Shown here one piece after another: positions 23,622-37,278 of a stretch of 64,000 nt of DNA. The notes beneath the pieces were generated by a model. The model searched no databases. It worked only from the letters and a program-made list of their open reading frames with translations, and was not told the DNA's origin. Positions within the stretch are counted from its first letter, which is position 1. Every line of letters begins with the position of its first letter. The DNA is taken from positions 237,214,001 through 237,278,000 of the forward strand of contig CM097885.1 in assembly GCA_044892525.1 (NCBI GenBank), read 5' to 3'. The position numbers and the translations under genes are program-made. The stretch is from Schmidtea polychroa. Its lineage: Eukaryota.

Positions 23622-26473
23622 TAGGGTGGAGTGAAAATGACCGAAAAAAGATTTTTTGACTTAGTAGACTTTGGATAGTTATAAAAACTTGCTATGAGGT
23701 CCAATGAAGTACTCTGTAAAGAAAAACAATAATTTAAATAATGTCTTGAGGTTCCACAACCAACTTTAAAATGTAACCATTGATAAGAAAACGATAATGT
23801 ATTTGCTATTATTGACATATTATTGAAGTCATTGATGGCATTTAAATAATATTTTCATTACTTTTAATAGCAAAATATTTGCCACCCATACACTATGGAT
23901 TTTAAATGCCTCTGGTTTTCCTTTTTAGAGTTGCAATGGCTGTAACCAGAAAGAAAGTGACTTGTGTCATCTTTGGTGGTCCATCCGAGATGCCCGACAA
24001 TCAACTACCGACTTATGCAGATGTTATGAAATTCTACAACCTGACAAAGCAGAGACTGAAATGCGAATTGAACAATAAAGATCCTTCACATCGCAACGTG
24101 GCAGAAACAGTGTCAATGAAAGTAGAACAAATATGGGACAAAGCTTCCATACCACATGTAAGCCACCGCCGTGTTCATGAAATGTTGAACGTGTACCACA
24201 AGACGTTCATGAAATTGCTGAAGCCGTATAAATCTAGGAAGGACTCAGAACCATACAGAGAGAAAATATCGCAGTTTAAAGATGAATCGATTAAACTCTT
24301 TGACATTTGCTCCTGCAAGTGCTCTTGTATGTCTCAGTGTCACTGTGAGAAGTCAAGAAAGATACCCACAATTGAACGTGACTTTCTAGAAGATCAGCGG
24401 GGTTCACGCTGTATGATCATAGCTGGAGTTGATGAGTTTGAATCCAGTATATTACAAAAGCGGTATATCCGTAAAGAGTCGACACAGAGGCAGATGTGTA
24501 CCAAATCTGCCATTGATGACATCGGTGATAAACAGTCGGATGTCTGTGACGAGATTTCTGGAATGGAAGAGGAAATGGATACCGGCGATGATGACTCTGA
24601 TGACGATTGTATAAGCCAAATTAAACAACAGCGAAAATTGAATGACAAGCAGATGAGAGTTAAGCTACCGTCGTTGGCTTTAGCGTGTGATCGACATGGC
24701 GTATCCGACAGGGCGGCAGCAGGAATCGCCAGTGCTGTTCTTCAAGATGTTGGAATAATCCACGAACATGATGTTTCTAAAGTGATTGACAGAAGTAAAG
24801 TGCGTCGAGAACGTTGTAATAAGCGTGGCGCATTATGTGCCGAAGTCAGTAACACAATCACTGGGTTATATTTTGACGGCAGAAAAGACAATACAATGAC
24901 CCAAATTAAAGAATGCGATGGTAAATTTCATCGGAAAATAATAACTGAAGAACATATATCGATTATAGCCGAACCAGGAGCTACATATTTCGGTCACATT
25001 ACACCAACTGCAGGGTCAAGCAAAGTTATCACGGCTGAGTTGATTGCATATTTGAATAAAAGAAATGTTGACACGAGTGGCATAAAAGCAATAGGTTGTG
25101 ATGGGACAGCCACTAATACGGGCATTCGAGAAGGCATCATTCGATTACTTGAAGTGACGTTACACAGACCGCTACAGTGGTTCGTATGTCAGTTGCATGC
25201 AAACGAATTACCGTTAAGACATTTGTTTCAGTATCTCGATGGACCTACCAATGGTCCAAAAGGATTTTCTGGTCCCATTGGAAAGTCATTGTTGAATTGT
25301 GAGAAGCTTCCCATCGTTGACTACATGCCGATAAACTGTGTTCTACCGTCAAGTGCAAATTCCGACGATTTAAGTACAGATCAGAAATACCTGTTCGATT
25401 TGTGTACTGCTGTAAGTGTTGGTATTTGTCCTGTCGACCATTCACTTCGCAATCCTGGTCTTATCAACCATTCGAGATGGTTAACCACGGCTAATCGCAT
25501 ACTACGTCTGTATGTTGCCACAAGAAGCCCGTCGGATGAACTAAAGACGCTTGCTACCTTCATCGTAACAGTTTATGCACCTGCATGGTTTGAAATAAAG
25601 AGTACCCCTTCGTGTAAAGACGGCGCTCGACATGTCCACAGTACGATACTGAAATCACGCTACCTCACAGACGAGCTGAAGAAAGTTGTTGACCCGGTAA
25701 TTCAACGCAACGCATTCTTTAGTCATCCAGAAAATCTGTTGCTTGCGATGCTTACCGATGAAAGATCAGATATACGCGAGTTAGCTCTGCGACGCATACT
25801 GAAATCCGGAAAGCAGAAACGTACGACTTCAGTTAGATCTTTCTGCGTGCCAGTAATCAACTTTGAAGCTACTAGCTACATAGACATGATCGATTGGCAG
25901 AAAACTCCGATCACAGAGCCTCCAATCGTAGTGGACATTGACGAAGATACTTTGTTAACCATGATCCGGGAAGAAGAAACGCCAAGACTGGATTTCGCCC
26001 GCTATCCTTTTCACACCCAGGCAGTAGAGAGACATATCAAGCTAGTGACAGAAGCATCCGAAATGGTGTGTGGTCCAGAAAAACACGACGGATTCATTAG
26101 AGCACGCTTGGAATCGAGATTGAAAATGCCAAAACTGGACACCAAAGCCCAACATCATTTGTAGTTATAAAAACATGTTAGACAGTTTGCATGTGGTTTC
26201 CCTTCACAGATATGGTTCTTATTACTTGTAATGTTATGTACAGACTGTTAAAAAGTTAAACCATAACATAAATATTTTACTTATAAAAAAATGTTTTTTT
26301 TAAAGATTATTGCTTTTTTATCGAAATATGCCTATACTTTAGGTCAATTGTGGAACCTCAAGATATGCTTTAAATTGTCTAATTGTTTGCCACATTACTA
26401 ATTGCATGTGTTACCAAGTTTTTATAGCTATCCAAACAAGATATTAAGAAAAAAAAATTTTCACTCCACCCTA
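23622..26473 (+). mobile_element. hATm-type DNA transposon, copy 2 (2852 bp)
   Basis: Same TIRs as copy 1; different 8-bp TSD TTAGGCAT. Confidence 0.92.
23906..26164 (+). CDS. hATm-type transposase, intact 752 aa
   Basis: Differs from copy 1 at two residues (GGII/EGII, TEHP/TEPP). Confidence 0.88.
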   Translation: MPLVFLFRVAMAVTRKKVTCVIFGGPSEMPDNQLPTYADVMKFYNLTKQRLKCELNNKDPSHRNVAETVSMKVEQIWDKASIPHVSHRRVHEMLNVYHKTFMKLLKPYKSRKDSEPYREKISQFKDESIKLFDICSCKCSCMSQCHCEKSRKIPTIERDFLEDQRGSRCMIIAGVDEFESSILQKRYIRKESTQRQMCTKSAIDDIGDKQSDVCDEISGMEEEMDTGDDDSDDDCISQIKQQRKLNDKQMRVKLPSLALACDRHGVSDRAAAGIASAVLQDVGIIHEHDVSKVIDRSKVRRERCNKRGALCAEVSNTITGLYFDGRKDNTMTQIKECDGKFHRKIITEEHISIIAEPGATYFGHITPTAGSSKVITAELIAYLNKRNVDTSGIKAIGCDGTATNTGIREGIIRLLEVTLHRPLQWFVCQLHANELPLRHLFQYLDGPTNGPKGFSGPIGKSLLNCEKLPIVDYMPINCVLPSSANSDDLSTDQKYLFDLCTAVSVGICPVDHSLRNPGLINHSRWLTTANRILRLYVATRSPSDELKTLATFIVTVYAPAWFEIKSTPSCKDGARHVHSTILKSRYLTDELKKVVDPVIQRNAFFSHPENLLLAMLTDERSDIRELALRRILKSGKQKRTTSVRSFCVPVINFEATSYIDMIDWQKTPITEPPIVVDIDEDTLLTMIREEETPRLDFARYPFHTQAVERHIKLVTEASEMVCGPEKHDGFIRARLESRLKMPKLDTKAQHHL

Positions 26474-27900
26474 TTAGGCATACTATAAACCCACTTCAAG
26501 TTATTCTTGTAAGTTTTCGTCATCAAACTTCACAAATTCTGTCTCATCCACTGCATATGTTCAGCTTAAATCCATTCGTCGTAAATGTGCTTACATTGGA
26601 AATAATTTTCCTAATGAATATAAGAACACCATTAAAAATAATTTAGTTATAAAATAACACAGAATATAGAGCTTTATTTTATGGAAACGATACTACAACA
26701 TACTACTTATGACACCAAGCACATAGATCATTAACCCTGGGGAATTGTTTTCCCAGCAATCTTTGAGGCATTATAATGAGAATCCACTAGACATTGATAT
26801 TTTCCACAAATTGTCGATAGAAAGTTCCACCATGAGAAATAGCATCAGCATAGAGGACGAAACATCCTGTAAATAAACATTCTGCGAGAATGAAAATACA
26901 GATAATCTGAAAAAATAGCACTGAGTAAAGGGCATATGATAATTTCGAATGGGTGAGAGAGCAACACTCAGACTTAGTACTAGAATTGGAATATGAGAAT
27001 TCACAGCTAAGCAGCACACTAGAACACTCACACTATCACCAGTTGATTGAACCGATACTGGCCCTTATGCGTTAGGAATCGTCGCACACCACATGCACAC
27101 ACATCTGTTAACAACGTGATAACTCACACGAATAGGCCAACGGCATTTCTACATGAAGTAGTCAATGAGAAAAATTCCACATATAGCGATCGTTATCAAT
27201 ATCACTCATCGCCGGGTCATTCTAATTGTTCTGCATGATTTTACCTCTACTTCATAGATATCTGATAAAATATTAACCAAACTTGCTAAGCGATGATTTT
27301 TAGTGTTGGTAAAAATACCCCGTTGTAGTTAATGAATTTTCTGCCTGTTACAACCATAGCATTTCGGTTAATGATTTAATTCTACATGCACTACATTTTG
27401 CTCAATAACTTCCTTGGCCGGATTTCTACTGATTTGATAGTTATATTTATATTTATATTTATATTTATATTTATATTCATAGGCATAATAATTCCTCGGG
27501 ATATATGTTAACATAGCCTACTAATTCAACAATACGATTCTTAGATCGATAAATTTTAAATACATGTATAGTTTTATGCGAATAACGGTGAAAATCAATC
27601 CCACTACATTCAGGCACGTGTATGATCCTCTTTTAGTAAATGATTGCCATAATTATGGGTGCGATATTGGGGGGTTTACCGTCTATATTCCCTTTGTGGA
27701 CAGGATAAAGTAGTGAAGGTCGATCGTCTGGGGGGAATTTTTCTTGTCGGCCCGATATCGTTTTTCTTCCATGACTTAATTAGTATAGATGAGTATTATA
27801 AACCCCAATACTATTAATAACGGGTTGCCTTCGAATAACGATTTTGTAAACACAGTGAATTATGATAATTATCTTCGTTTTCCTTTTACAGCCATCGAAA

Positions 27901-28575
27901 ATGATTCCAGTCCCCAAAACTACCATCAAACCATGTCTTTCATGCGCGGATAAGAACGCGATTATTAAAGAACTACAGGCGCAGATAGGACGATACCAAC
28001 GAAAGATCGATGAGTTGGAAGGCACATGGTTTAGCCCAGTGCAAATAAAAGAGGTCAAAAAGAAGCTATATCGGAGCGAACATTGCCGAGATAGCTTGAT
28101 TGCTGAAAGCCGGTCGCAGCGCAGTTTTATTAAAGAACAATCAGAGGCCCTCCATAAGGTTTACCTTCAAGCGTCTACTACCCGGAAGATAGTAAGCATT
28201 CCGATTCACGAGGAAGATAATATCTTTCCGACTCATCACGATCAATCTCTCGATCAGTCATACTCTTCAAAGAAACCATGCCAAGGGTGTGTAGAGACGG
28301 ATCTCTCGCGTAAGCCGGCCGACGTGATCTTTACCGGTACTAGTAAAGCGATTCCGCCCATAGCTTCCACCTCTACAGCACCTCGTATTACTGATATCTC
28401 TACTAAACCTAAAAGAAGACAATTGTCTCGGGCTGAAAGAAAACGAAAGCAGCGCGAGAGGATTGCAGAGAAAGAAAAGATATTTTTTAGATCCAAGAGA
28501 AATCGAATATATAAGTTTAGAACAAAATATGTTAACAAATTATACATGAGTACATCAGAATTTATTATCAAATGA
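27901..28575 (+). CDS. Unknown CxxC/coiled-coil/Arg-rich protein, copy 1 (C-terminus after about 28460 is chimeric)
   Basis: Paralogous to 59233-59982; CTTTTACAG acceptor just upstream of the ATG. Confidence 0.65.
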   Translation: MIPVPKTTIKPCLSCADKNAIIKELQAQIGRYQRKIDELEGTWFSPVQIKEVKKKLYRSEHCRDSLIAESRSQRSFIKEQSEALHKVYLQASTTRKIVSIPIHEEDNIFPTHHDQSLDQSYSSKKPCQGCVETDLSRKPADVIFTGTSKAIPPIASTSTAPRITDISTKPKRRQLSRAERKRKQRERIAEKEKIFFRSKRNRIYKFRTKYVNKLYMSTSEFIIK

Positions 28576-28981
28576 ATTAACTCGAATATTCAACAAAATT
28601 GGTTTATTTTTAGATAATACAATATTATTCGAAACAAGAAAAAAATTATTGATTTATTTAGGTTTAGAGTATGAGTTAATGAGAATAAGTTTCCAGAATT
28701 ATAGTGATCAATATTTAGTGTATTTGGGAAATATTCCATTTATAACCGAAAATATTTTAAGACTAGAAGATATTGAAATTTTATTAGAAATAATAAAAAT
28801 GATAAAAATATTGATCGAACAAATAACATGGGTTAATGTCTTGACAAATATGCTCCAACATTTATTTGCGAGTATTATATTGTTTTAAAATATATATATA
28901 AACTAAAAAATAACGTTTAAAAATTTATTCACAAAAGAATATAATACTCGCAATTAAGAAGTTGATGAAGAAGTTGATGGA

Positions 28982-29900
28982 GAACACCGAAGTTAAAATT
29001 TCAGAATTCGCTAAGAACTCTTTGCTCGCACAATACATTTATCCCTGTGGTATCCCTGTGATTGTTCAAAAATCTTTAATTATTTAGTTATTCTATTTTT
29101 CCTGCGGATGATAGAAAAACTGTCAAAATATATTGTAAAACGAATGTATGAATAGCGTTTACATACCACATCAAAAGGAATTAAACTATCTATCAGCGAC
29201 TCTCCTTAAAGGTTTCCCACATAATAATTGAGAAAAAAGAAAGGAACTTATTACTAAAACATATTGAACAAAAAACAACCATATTAAAATGGCTAAAAAA
29301 GAAAATACTTGTTTCATTCTCAAGTAACAAGGATTAATTCAATATATCATAGATTCCTACGCAAAATATGTAGATGATATCTTTATCCCGTCCAAAAGCA
29401 GAAAAGAAGTGGATGATCACGAACAAGATGATGAACACGAAGATAAAATTTCAGAATTCGCTAAGAAAGCTTTGCTCGCACAATTCATTAATCCCTGTGG
29501 TATCCCTGTGATTGTTCAAAAATCTCTAATTATTTAGTTATTCATTTTTCCTGCGGATGATAGAAAAACTGTCAAAATATATTGTAAAACGAATCAATGA
29601 GTAGCGTTTACATACCACATCAAAAGGAATTAAACTATCTATCAGCTACTCTCCTTAAAGGTTTGTCACAAAATAATTGAGAAAAAAGAAAGGAATTTAT
29701 TACTAAAACATATTGAACAGAAAAACAGCCATATTAAAATGGCTAAAAAAGAAAATACTTGTTTCATTCTCAAGTAACAAGGATTAATTCAATATATCAT
29801 AGATTTCTACGAAAAATATGTATATGATATCTTTATCCCGTCCAAGAGCAGAAAAGAAGCGGATAATGACGAACAAGATGATGCATACCGAAGATAAAAT
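28982..29900 (+). repeat. About 451-bp tandem duplication of degenerate coding sequence
   Basis: Units start at about 28982 and 29433 (AAAATTTCAGAATTCGCTAAGAA...). Confidence 0.85.
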
Positions 29901-30083
29901 TTTTTGAATAATGAATTTTTTGGAATCAAAATACTCACAGAAAATAGTGATTCAGCATTGTATTATTTATCGAAAATATATCATTTAATAAGAAAATTGA
30001 TAAGTGATTAAAATTAAGGAATCGACAATCAAAAAATAATCGATTCTTTTATTGAAGATCAAACTTATTTTAAAGAAAATTTT

Positions 30084-30500
30084 ATGAAAAATATACATAA
30101 AAAAGTATTATTATATGAATTTATTTCGTTATTTTTTTTACAAGATATTGAAATTGATAATGATAATATATTAGATCCAAGCGAATACAATTATCTACAA
30201 TTAGAACAAGATATGTTAACAGATTACACATCAATCCATCATAATTTAATATCAAATGAACTTACTAGATTATTTGACAAAATTAAATTATTTTTAGATA
30301 AAGAAATACCAATCGAAACAAGAAGAAAATTAACAGTTTATTTATGTTATGAATATGAATTAATGATTTCAAGATTCAAGAATTATAAAAATCAAGATTT
30401 AATAAATTTGGGAAACATTAAATTTATAACAAAAAATATCTTAATGTTAGAGTATATAAATGTTAATCGAACAAATTACATGGGATGTTTTTTTAGTTGA
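30084..30500 (+). pseudogene. Unknown protein fragment, paralog of 28475-28888
   Basis: LDPSEYNYLQLEQDMLTDY...NELTRLFDKI...ETRRKL..YL.YEYELM versus LDPREIEYISLEQNMLTNY...NELTRIFNKI...ETRKKL..YL.LEYELM. Confidence 0.55.
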
Positions 30501-32559
30501 GCGTAGATTTTATGTTTTTTTATTTAGGAATTTCAGTATTTTTTGAAAATCAATCAAATTATGAGAATAATAAACATTAAATTAAAAAAGAAAATTTAAA
30601 AGAAAATCAAATAAAATAAGGAAATTAATAAATAATAAAAATAAATGAAAGTAAGAAAAGACGCAAAAATATGAAGTATCAATCAGGATTAAGTCAAAAT
30701 AAATTAAGAAAAATAAAATTAAATAATTAAATTAACAAAAAATAAAAATAATTAAAGAAATAACAATAAAATATTAAATAAAATAGAAAAAAGCGCAAAT
30801 TACAACATTACTTAATCCTGATTGGATAAGAACGTAGATATATACGAGCATCTGTGATTGATTTTTCAATGTTATTTTTTTACGTTACTTAGGTAAATAA
30901 ATTTCCTTTATCAATGCTATTTTTACGTTACTTAGGTATTCCAATGTAATATCCAAAAATATTAATCAAGCCAAATCCATTTTAACAGTTGAACCAGTTT
31001 ATTCAAGAATTTTCCAGCAAATCGATTCAGTTAACCTTTTGAGACAATAACTTGGGAAAATGTAAATTTTTTATTGTTGATTTGAATGTGAACTATTTAT
31101 TTATATTTATGATAATGTATGGTATGTATAACTATTAACATTTTCAAATCAACAAAACTTTCTTTTCCTCCCACAATTTTATAATTATTTAAAAGTAATT
31201 AAAAGTAATAATAGTCATAATCATTTTCAGGAGTTTTATTTTTTATGGATGTCTTGTTTTTTTGAATTTTTCTAATTTATTAATGCCCCCAGATTGAAAT
31301 ACGTTCGTGAACCGTTAACACTCGTGCTAATACGAAAGCGGATGTTGGGCAGATTTGCGCACCGTTTTTATGGAGTATAATCCGAGATAGGGTCGTTGAT
31401 GGAACAACCGATTTGAACAAAGTGATGTGAGATATGAGCTGAATTAAGAAATGTTTGACATTGAGATAAGATCCAATAGAGTCGGAAATATAGTGTGTGA
31501 AGTATATAGATCGAATCAATGGCAGAAAAGTGTAACCATCGATTAGAAAATTCCAACTCGTAATATCTGTAAGAAATTAGTCTAGCACGACGACAGGAGC
31601 AACCGACATAGATTCCATTTGTAAAGTTGTGATAATGTTGGGGTTCAGTAGATGCCGTGATTAATACAATAGGGAAGTTTTTAGAATTAAATAGAATAAA
31701 TTATTAATTATATTTAATAATTACTATAAATATAAATAAAATTACCAAGTTTGGAATTAAAATAAAAATAGTAATTAAAAATTACTATACTTAGAATATA
31801 AATAAAAATAGTATGTAAATAAAAATATGTTGTAAAAATAGTAATTAAATAATTACTATTTATAGAATACTATTTATAATATAAATAGAGATCAAAATTT
31901 TAGTTAAGGACCAACAATTTATCGATTAAAAACAGACACTAAAAATAAACATTGTTCAACTCAAGCAACCAGGCACGCGAAGAATTAACAAGTATATCAG
32001 TTCTGAAATATGTTGATCAATATCATTTGATCAATTTCATTTCAATGGAATTTCAGTAATTTTTACAGCTATAGAGAACCAATTCGGGTTTTGTAGCTTT
32101 CACACTTTGGAATTTAATTAGCAAAATCGTTTGTTCGAGAATCGTGCAGGTATTATCAAAGCTAAGGAGATTACTCAGATAATTGTTTGGTAAATTTTTA
32201 TAGATTTAAGTAACAAATTTAATTTGAAGGGACTTAGCGTCAGCTTACGTTTTTGTAGCTGTATCGCTTTGAAAATAATTAAAGTGTCAACCATTTTCTG
32301 CGTTGACACTATCGCGGATAAATTTTGGTTAATCCCCTATCTTGTTCCTATCACTTATATCGAGCTGTTGGCGCATTTAGGCCAGCCTTGATCCTCAGAA
32401 GTAATCTTTAAGACGGTTTGTATAACCGTTTTCTGTTTTCTAGCGTGCAGCCAATTTTCTTAATTGTAATTGAATAAATTTTGTAAAATATTTAGTTTTA
32501 AATAAATAATTAAAAGCATATTTGTTATTTATATACAAATTACCTACACGTGTTATAAC

Positions 32560-35500
32560 CAGTAGTGAGCTATACATGTCCCGCGGGGGCTCGGCAGAGC
32601 CCTTTGTTAACTTTTTAAAAATTTTGCGAGCCCCTTGTTGTTCTTTCAACTGTCATTTTGCGCTTCACTTCAAATTAAAATTTCTATTGTTTTAATGGGA
32701 AAACGTAAAATATAGAACTTTTTTTTTCGTAAAATCAAAATATTAATTTTTTTTTTCTAAAATCAAAATATAAAACTTTTTTTACCTTAAATTAAAATAA
32801 AGTATTTTTAGAATAATCAAAATATAGAAACTTTTTTAATATAAAAAATTTAACATTATTTAAAATTTTCGATTTCTTAAGATATGTGATATCATTTTTA
32901 TGGTTGCTGATTTTGCAGAGGTGTTTGAAAATTATTCGACGTAATTAAAAACGCTATGCTATGTAAAGTCGTCTTTTAATCGAGTATCTCTGTCAAACTG
33001 TCATCAGTGTAATCTTGTTTTATAATTAGGGATTATTAAAAAAACTTTATATTTTGATTTTACGAAAAAAAAGCTTTATATTTTGATTACACATAAAAAA
33101 AGTTATATATTTTTTAACCCCCTATTTTAATATAATAGTTTTGGTAAAATATTTTTGTTGTAAATCATATTGATTCGAAATTGGCACAAAATACAAGGAA
33201 ATCTATAAAATATATTTGGAATTTTCTAGAAAAATGTTTAAATATATTGATAAAAACATATCCATGACATTAGATAAATATTTCTTACAGAAGCCTAAAA
33301 GTTCGAATGCTCATTTCGCGGAGGACTCAGGTGTAAACAATGGAAATCTTAACCCTCTGAACGCAGAAAATATCCTTGCACGAAGATGAAGCCAGCTGTC
33401 CAAAGATAGAATGCGGCGGTAATTAAATGAAATTAGTATCAGAGGAAAGTTCTTTTTAGGAATCTGATAGATGGCCTAGTTGTTGGACTGAAGCACAGGC
33501 GACTTATTTCCAAACGAAATACAGTTGGCTACAGTTTGGAAATGAAATGCTCGGATGTTTCATCTGTGCAAAATATTCAAAATTTGGCTTGCATAGCGAG
33601 AAGCACTGTCATGTCTCTAAAGAATGGATTATGTGCAGAGTAGTAGCAAATGGTAATACTTTCGCTTCAAAAATGGCTTCGTTAAGGAAAACAATTTCTC
33701 GGCTCACAACAAAAATATTAGTATTAGCGAAACAGCAAAAATATCTATGATTGAAAAAAATTTCGCAAGAATTAATGATAGAGAAGTTTTCAGTGTATTA
33801 CATTATCAAAAAAAAACAGGCCGATGTCGGACCTACCAGATCCCATAGAGCTAAAAAAAGAACGATATTGATATAGGGCTGTCAATGAATTCGTGATTTA
33901 GTAGTACTCGCATCACCAAACACATAGCTTTAGAAATGAAAAGAGAAATTTTTTCTAAGATAATAAATCAAAATTCCAAAATTTGTATAATAGTAGATGA
34001 ATTTTCCACTATATCCAATAAAAGTGTTTTAGTCTTGTATATTAGGGCTGAGTTTGGTGAACCACGCATGATTTTTGTAGATTTAGCGGAGCTTGACAAT
34101 GCTAATGCTGATTGCATATTCAAAATTATTATAAATACCTTTGAGCTTTATGGATTTACTGAGCAGTATCTACGCCTTAACCTTATTTCTTTCTGCTCTA
34201 ATGGTGCTAGCGTTATGCTTGGAAGAAGATCTGGTGTAGCAGCAAGACTTTTAGAAAAGTTCCCAAATGTTATTATTTGGCATTGTTTGGCGCATCGTTT
34301 GCAGCTAGTATGATTCTATCAAAGTCATAAACGAATTGAATCAGTTCAAAATTTTTATCGATAGAATTTATTCTTTTTATCACCAATCAGAAAAAAATCA
34401 ACGAGAACTAAATTTGATTGCAAATGATTTAGAAATCGAAATATTGAAAATAGGTAGAGTTTTTGGGCCACGTTGGTCAACCTGCAGTTTAAGAACAGCT
34501 TTAGCTCTATGGAGAAATTATGCTCCTCTTTGTGTTCATTTTAAATCAAAAGAAAAATATATGGATTTATTTATCCAGTTGACGGATTTTAATTTTTTAA
34601 AAAATCTGGCATTGATAATTGATATCCTCCAAGAATTCTCATATTTGTCTCAAGCTCTACAAAGCAGAAACGTAAATAAAACTCTAATTTTAAGAACAAT
34701 AAATGCTTTACATAATCTATAAACCAACTAAGGAAATTACGAATCGAAGATAGATTTATATTTGAGCGGCGAAGAATTTCAAAGTGTGTCTATTGCAAAC
34801 GGCAATAATTCAATGAGTTATTAATAAAAATAACCGAATCATTAAAAATGAGACTGGTTTTTCAGACGCAATTCCCAATTTAAAATATGGATAATCAAAT
34901 TTTAACTGAAAATGAATTAAAAACATATTTAATGTTTGTTATCCTGAGACTTGGGAGTTAGAAAATATAAAATCTCCCTGGAGAGAGGGTGAGAAAAGGA
35001 TTAATACTTTGGGATATATTTTGAAATACGAAATCGATATTAACCAGTTCAGAGATTTTGTTGACATGAATTTGGTTGGTAAAAAATATAATCAATTTCC
35101 TCCTATTGAAAAAGCAATTAACATCATGAATACGGTCGCAGTTAGAGTGCAGAAGCTGAAAGAGAATTTAGCACCATGAACAATATTGCTACAACAAAAG
35201 GAGCTTCCCTTTCAGTAAATCATATTTCTGATCTTATGATGATAAATTTAAATGGAAAATCAATTGATAATTAATCCAATTAGCTACGTCACTTCCTTTT
35301 TAAAGAATCACCGATCTGTTTAGAGTCAAGCCGAAGAAAAAAAGAAGCGAAAAATATGGAGGATGGTTCCGATTTATTTGAAATTTAGTTTAATGAAGTA
35401 AAGTTTCACTTTGTTTTTCTTTGAGTTAAAATACCTTAACATTATACATATTTTTCTTCTGTAAAATATTTAAATTCAAAAAATATTTTTTTCTCAATTA

Positions 35501-36100
35501 AAAAATCATAAAATGATAAAAAATAGTGCTAAAAATCACATTTTTTAAAAAAAATTATCGATGTAAGATTATTAAATATCTGAAACATGTTAATAAAATT
35601 GATACCAGAAACAATAGCATATATTACCTTGAAAACTTGCTGTAAAGTGGTAAACAAAATTCGATTTTAATTAAATTTTATTTTATTTGCAGCCTGTGTA
35701 ATTATATTTTGCGCACTAAGTCTAAATGTTTGGTTACTTGAAGAATGCGACATTTAACGTAAAGTAAAAAAAATGTAGTGGAACATTTGTTTATTTACAA
35801 TTTTCACAAACAACGTCTTTTTTATGTAAAACAAGATGTTTGTGGTAAACATTTTTAAAACAATTTTACCGCATTTGTATATCAAAAAAATTTTTCTTGA
35901 CGCTTTTATATTTTACTAAAAAAGCAAATTCGGAAAAAAGCATTTTTTTTCTGGACGAAAAACACCTAAATTTTTTTTTGCGAGCCCTTTGTTGTTTTTT
36001 TCACAGCTCACCACTGGCTATAGGAGGCTCACGCGAGTCCTTTGTTAAATTATTATATGATTTGCGAGCCCCTTGTTAAAAATTTCATAGCTCACCTCTG
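32560..36100 (+). mobile_element. hAT DNA transposon (ZNF862-like transposase), decayed
   Basis: TIRs CAGTAGTGAGCTAT / ATAGCTCACCTCTG; 8-bp TSD GTTATAAC. Confidence 0.9.
33234..35390 (+). pseudogene. hAT transposase remnant
   Basis: IIVDEFST, FCSNGASVMLG, WHCLAHRLQL and SAEAER.FS motifs with many stops and frameshifts. Confidence 0.88.
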
Positions 36101-37278
36101 GTTATAACTAACATTAGTTACAATTATGTTAGTTCGAGTACCTACCCATCGAACCTAACAATAGGATGTTATACTCGTTGTATAAGTCGTCTGGAACGAG
36201 AATAGAATGATAGTAATTTGTCAGAAGTATAATTTCTCCGAAGATTGTTTTCAGCAATTTATTGTCGAAAGCGAGAATTTGTCGAATTACGTTGAATATG
36301 TTGACCAGTTCACCCGATAAGCGGAGTTACACTAATCTTCTCGAATTGACCAAAGGTCACCGATCTAGCGAATCGACCTCACTGTGTGTAAATAAAGTTC
36401 CAAATCGACGAATAATAAGTAAACAATATTTCTAGAACAAGGATTGATTGACTAAAGTGCGAGCGGGATTGAGATCCGGTCGACAATTTGTATTAGCGTT
36501 GCTAGTCTTACTCGAAACTCTCCGATTTGTTTATGAGGATTTAACTATAAACTATCCAAGTTTACTATATCAGTAGTGTATGAATTTCCGGTGTTCCGCG
36601 TAACTGTTTACAACTTCTGTCAACACTTATAAACTTGCATCTAATTGTATCTTGCGAAATGGCAAATGAATAAGTGAATGTAGCAACAGCGGCTTAGCCA
36701 AGAGTAATTAAATGACATATTAACAGACTATGAAAATGGAATAAACGACACATTAATAATAAGTTATCAGTGGATTAATTAAAACGTTACTAAATCAATA
36801 ATAAATAACTAAATCTAGAAATGTTGAAGCTTATAATAAAATAATAAATACTGTATCTACAGACCTTTGATTTACAATTAGACGAAATGAATTATTTTTA
36901 ATAATTATCTAAAATAGTTTCTAACGATTGAATAAAAGGAATTATTAGCAAGAAGACAGATGAATTTTTAACAATCACCCAAAAATAGTTTCTAATGAGT
37001 AGAGAAAACGCATGATTAGAGGAAATGAATTTTTAATGATTATATAAATTAGTTTTTAACAATTAGGAAAAATAATTTTAACAATGAGATACGATTCTTA
37101 ACAATTAAATAAAATGATAATGATACACCAACGATTGTCGTCATTCCACGATTAAATCGATCCTTCTCTTGTTCTTGACCTATAACCAATAGTATGATAA
37201 TAGATGTAGTATATTTTACCAACGGACTAATCCTCCGGAATATACTGTAATCATTCTTGAATGTCTCATTTATAAAAA

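Larger units (their letters stand above)
22484..28460 (+). mobile_element. Unclassified LTR-like repeat unit, copy 1 (contains hATm copy 2; truncated at 3' end)
   Basis: Starts TGTTGGGCTGAG, A-rich tract, ATTGG box at 22811, TATA near 22837, structured RNA and coiled-coil ORF; collinear with 62573-59233 on the minus strand. Confidence 0.65.
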
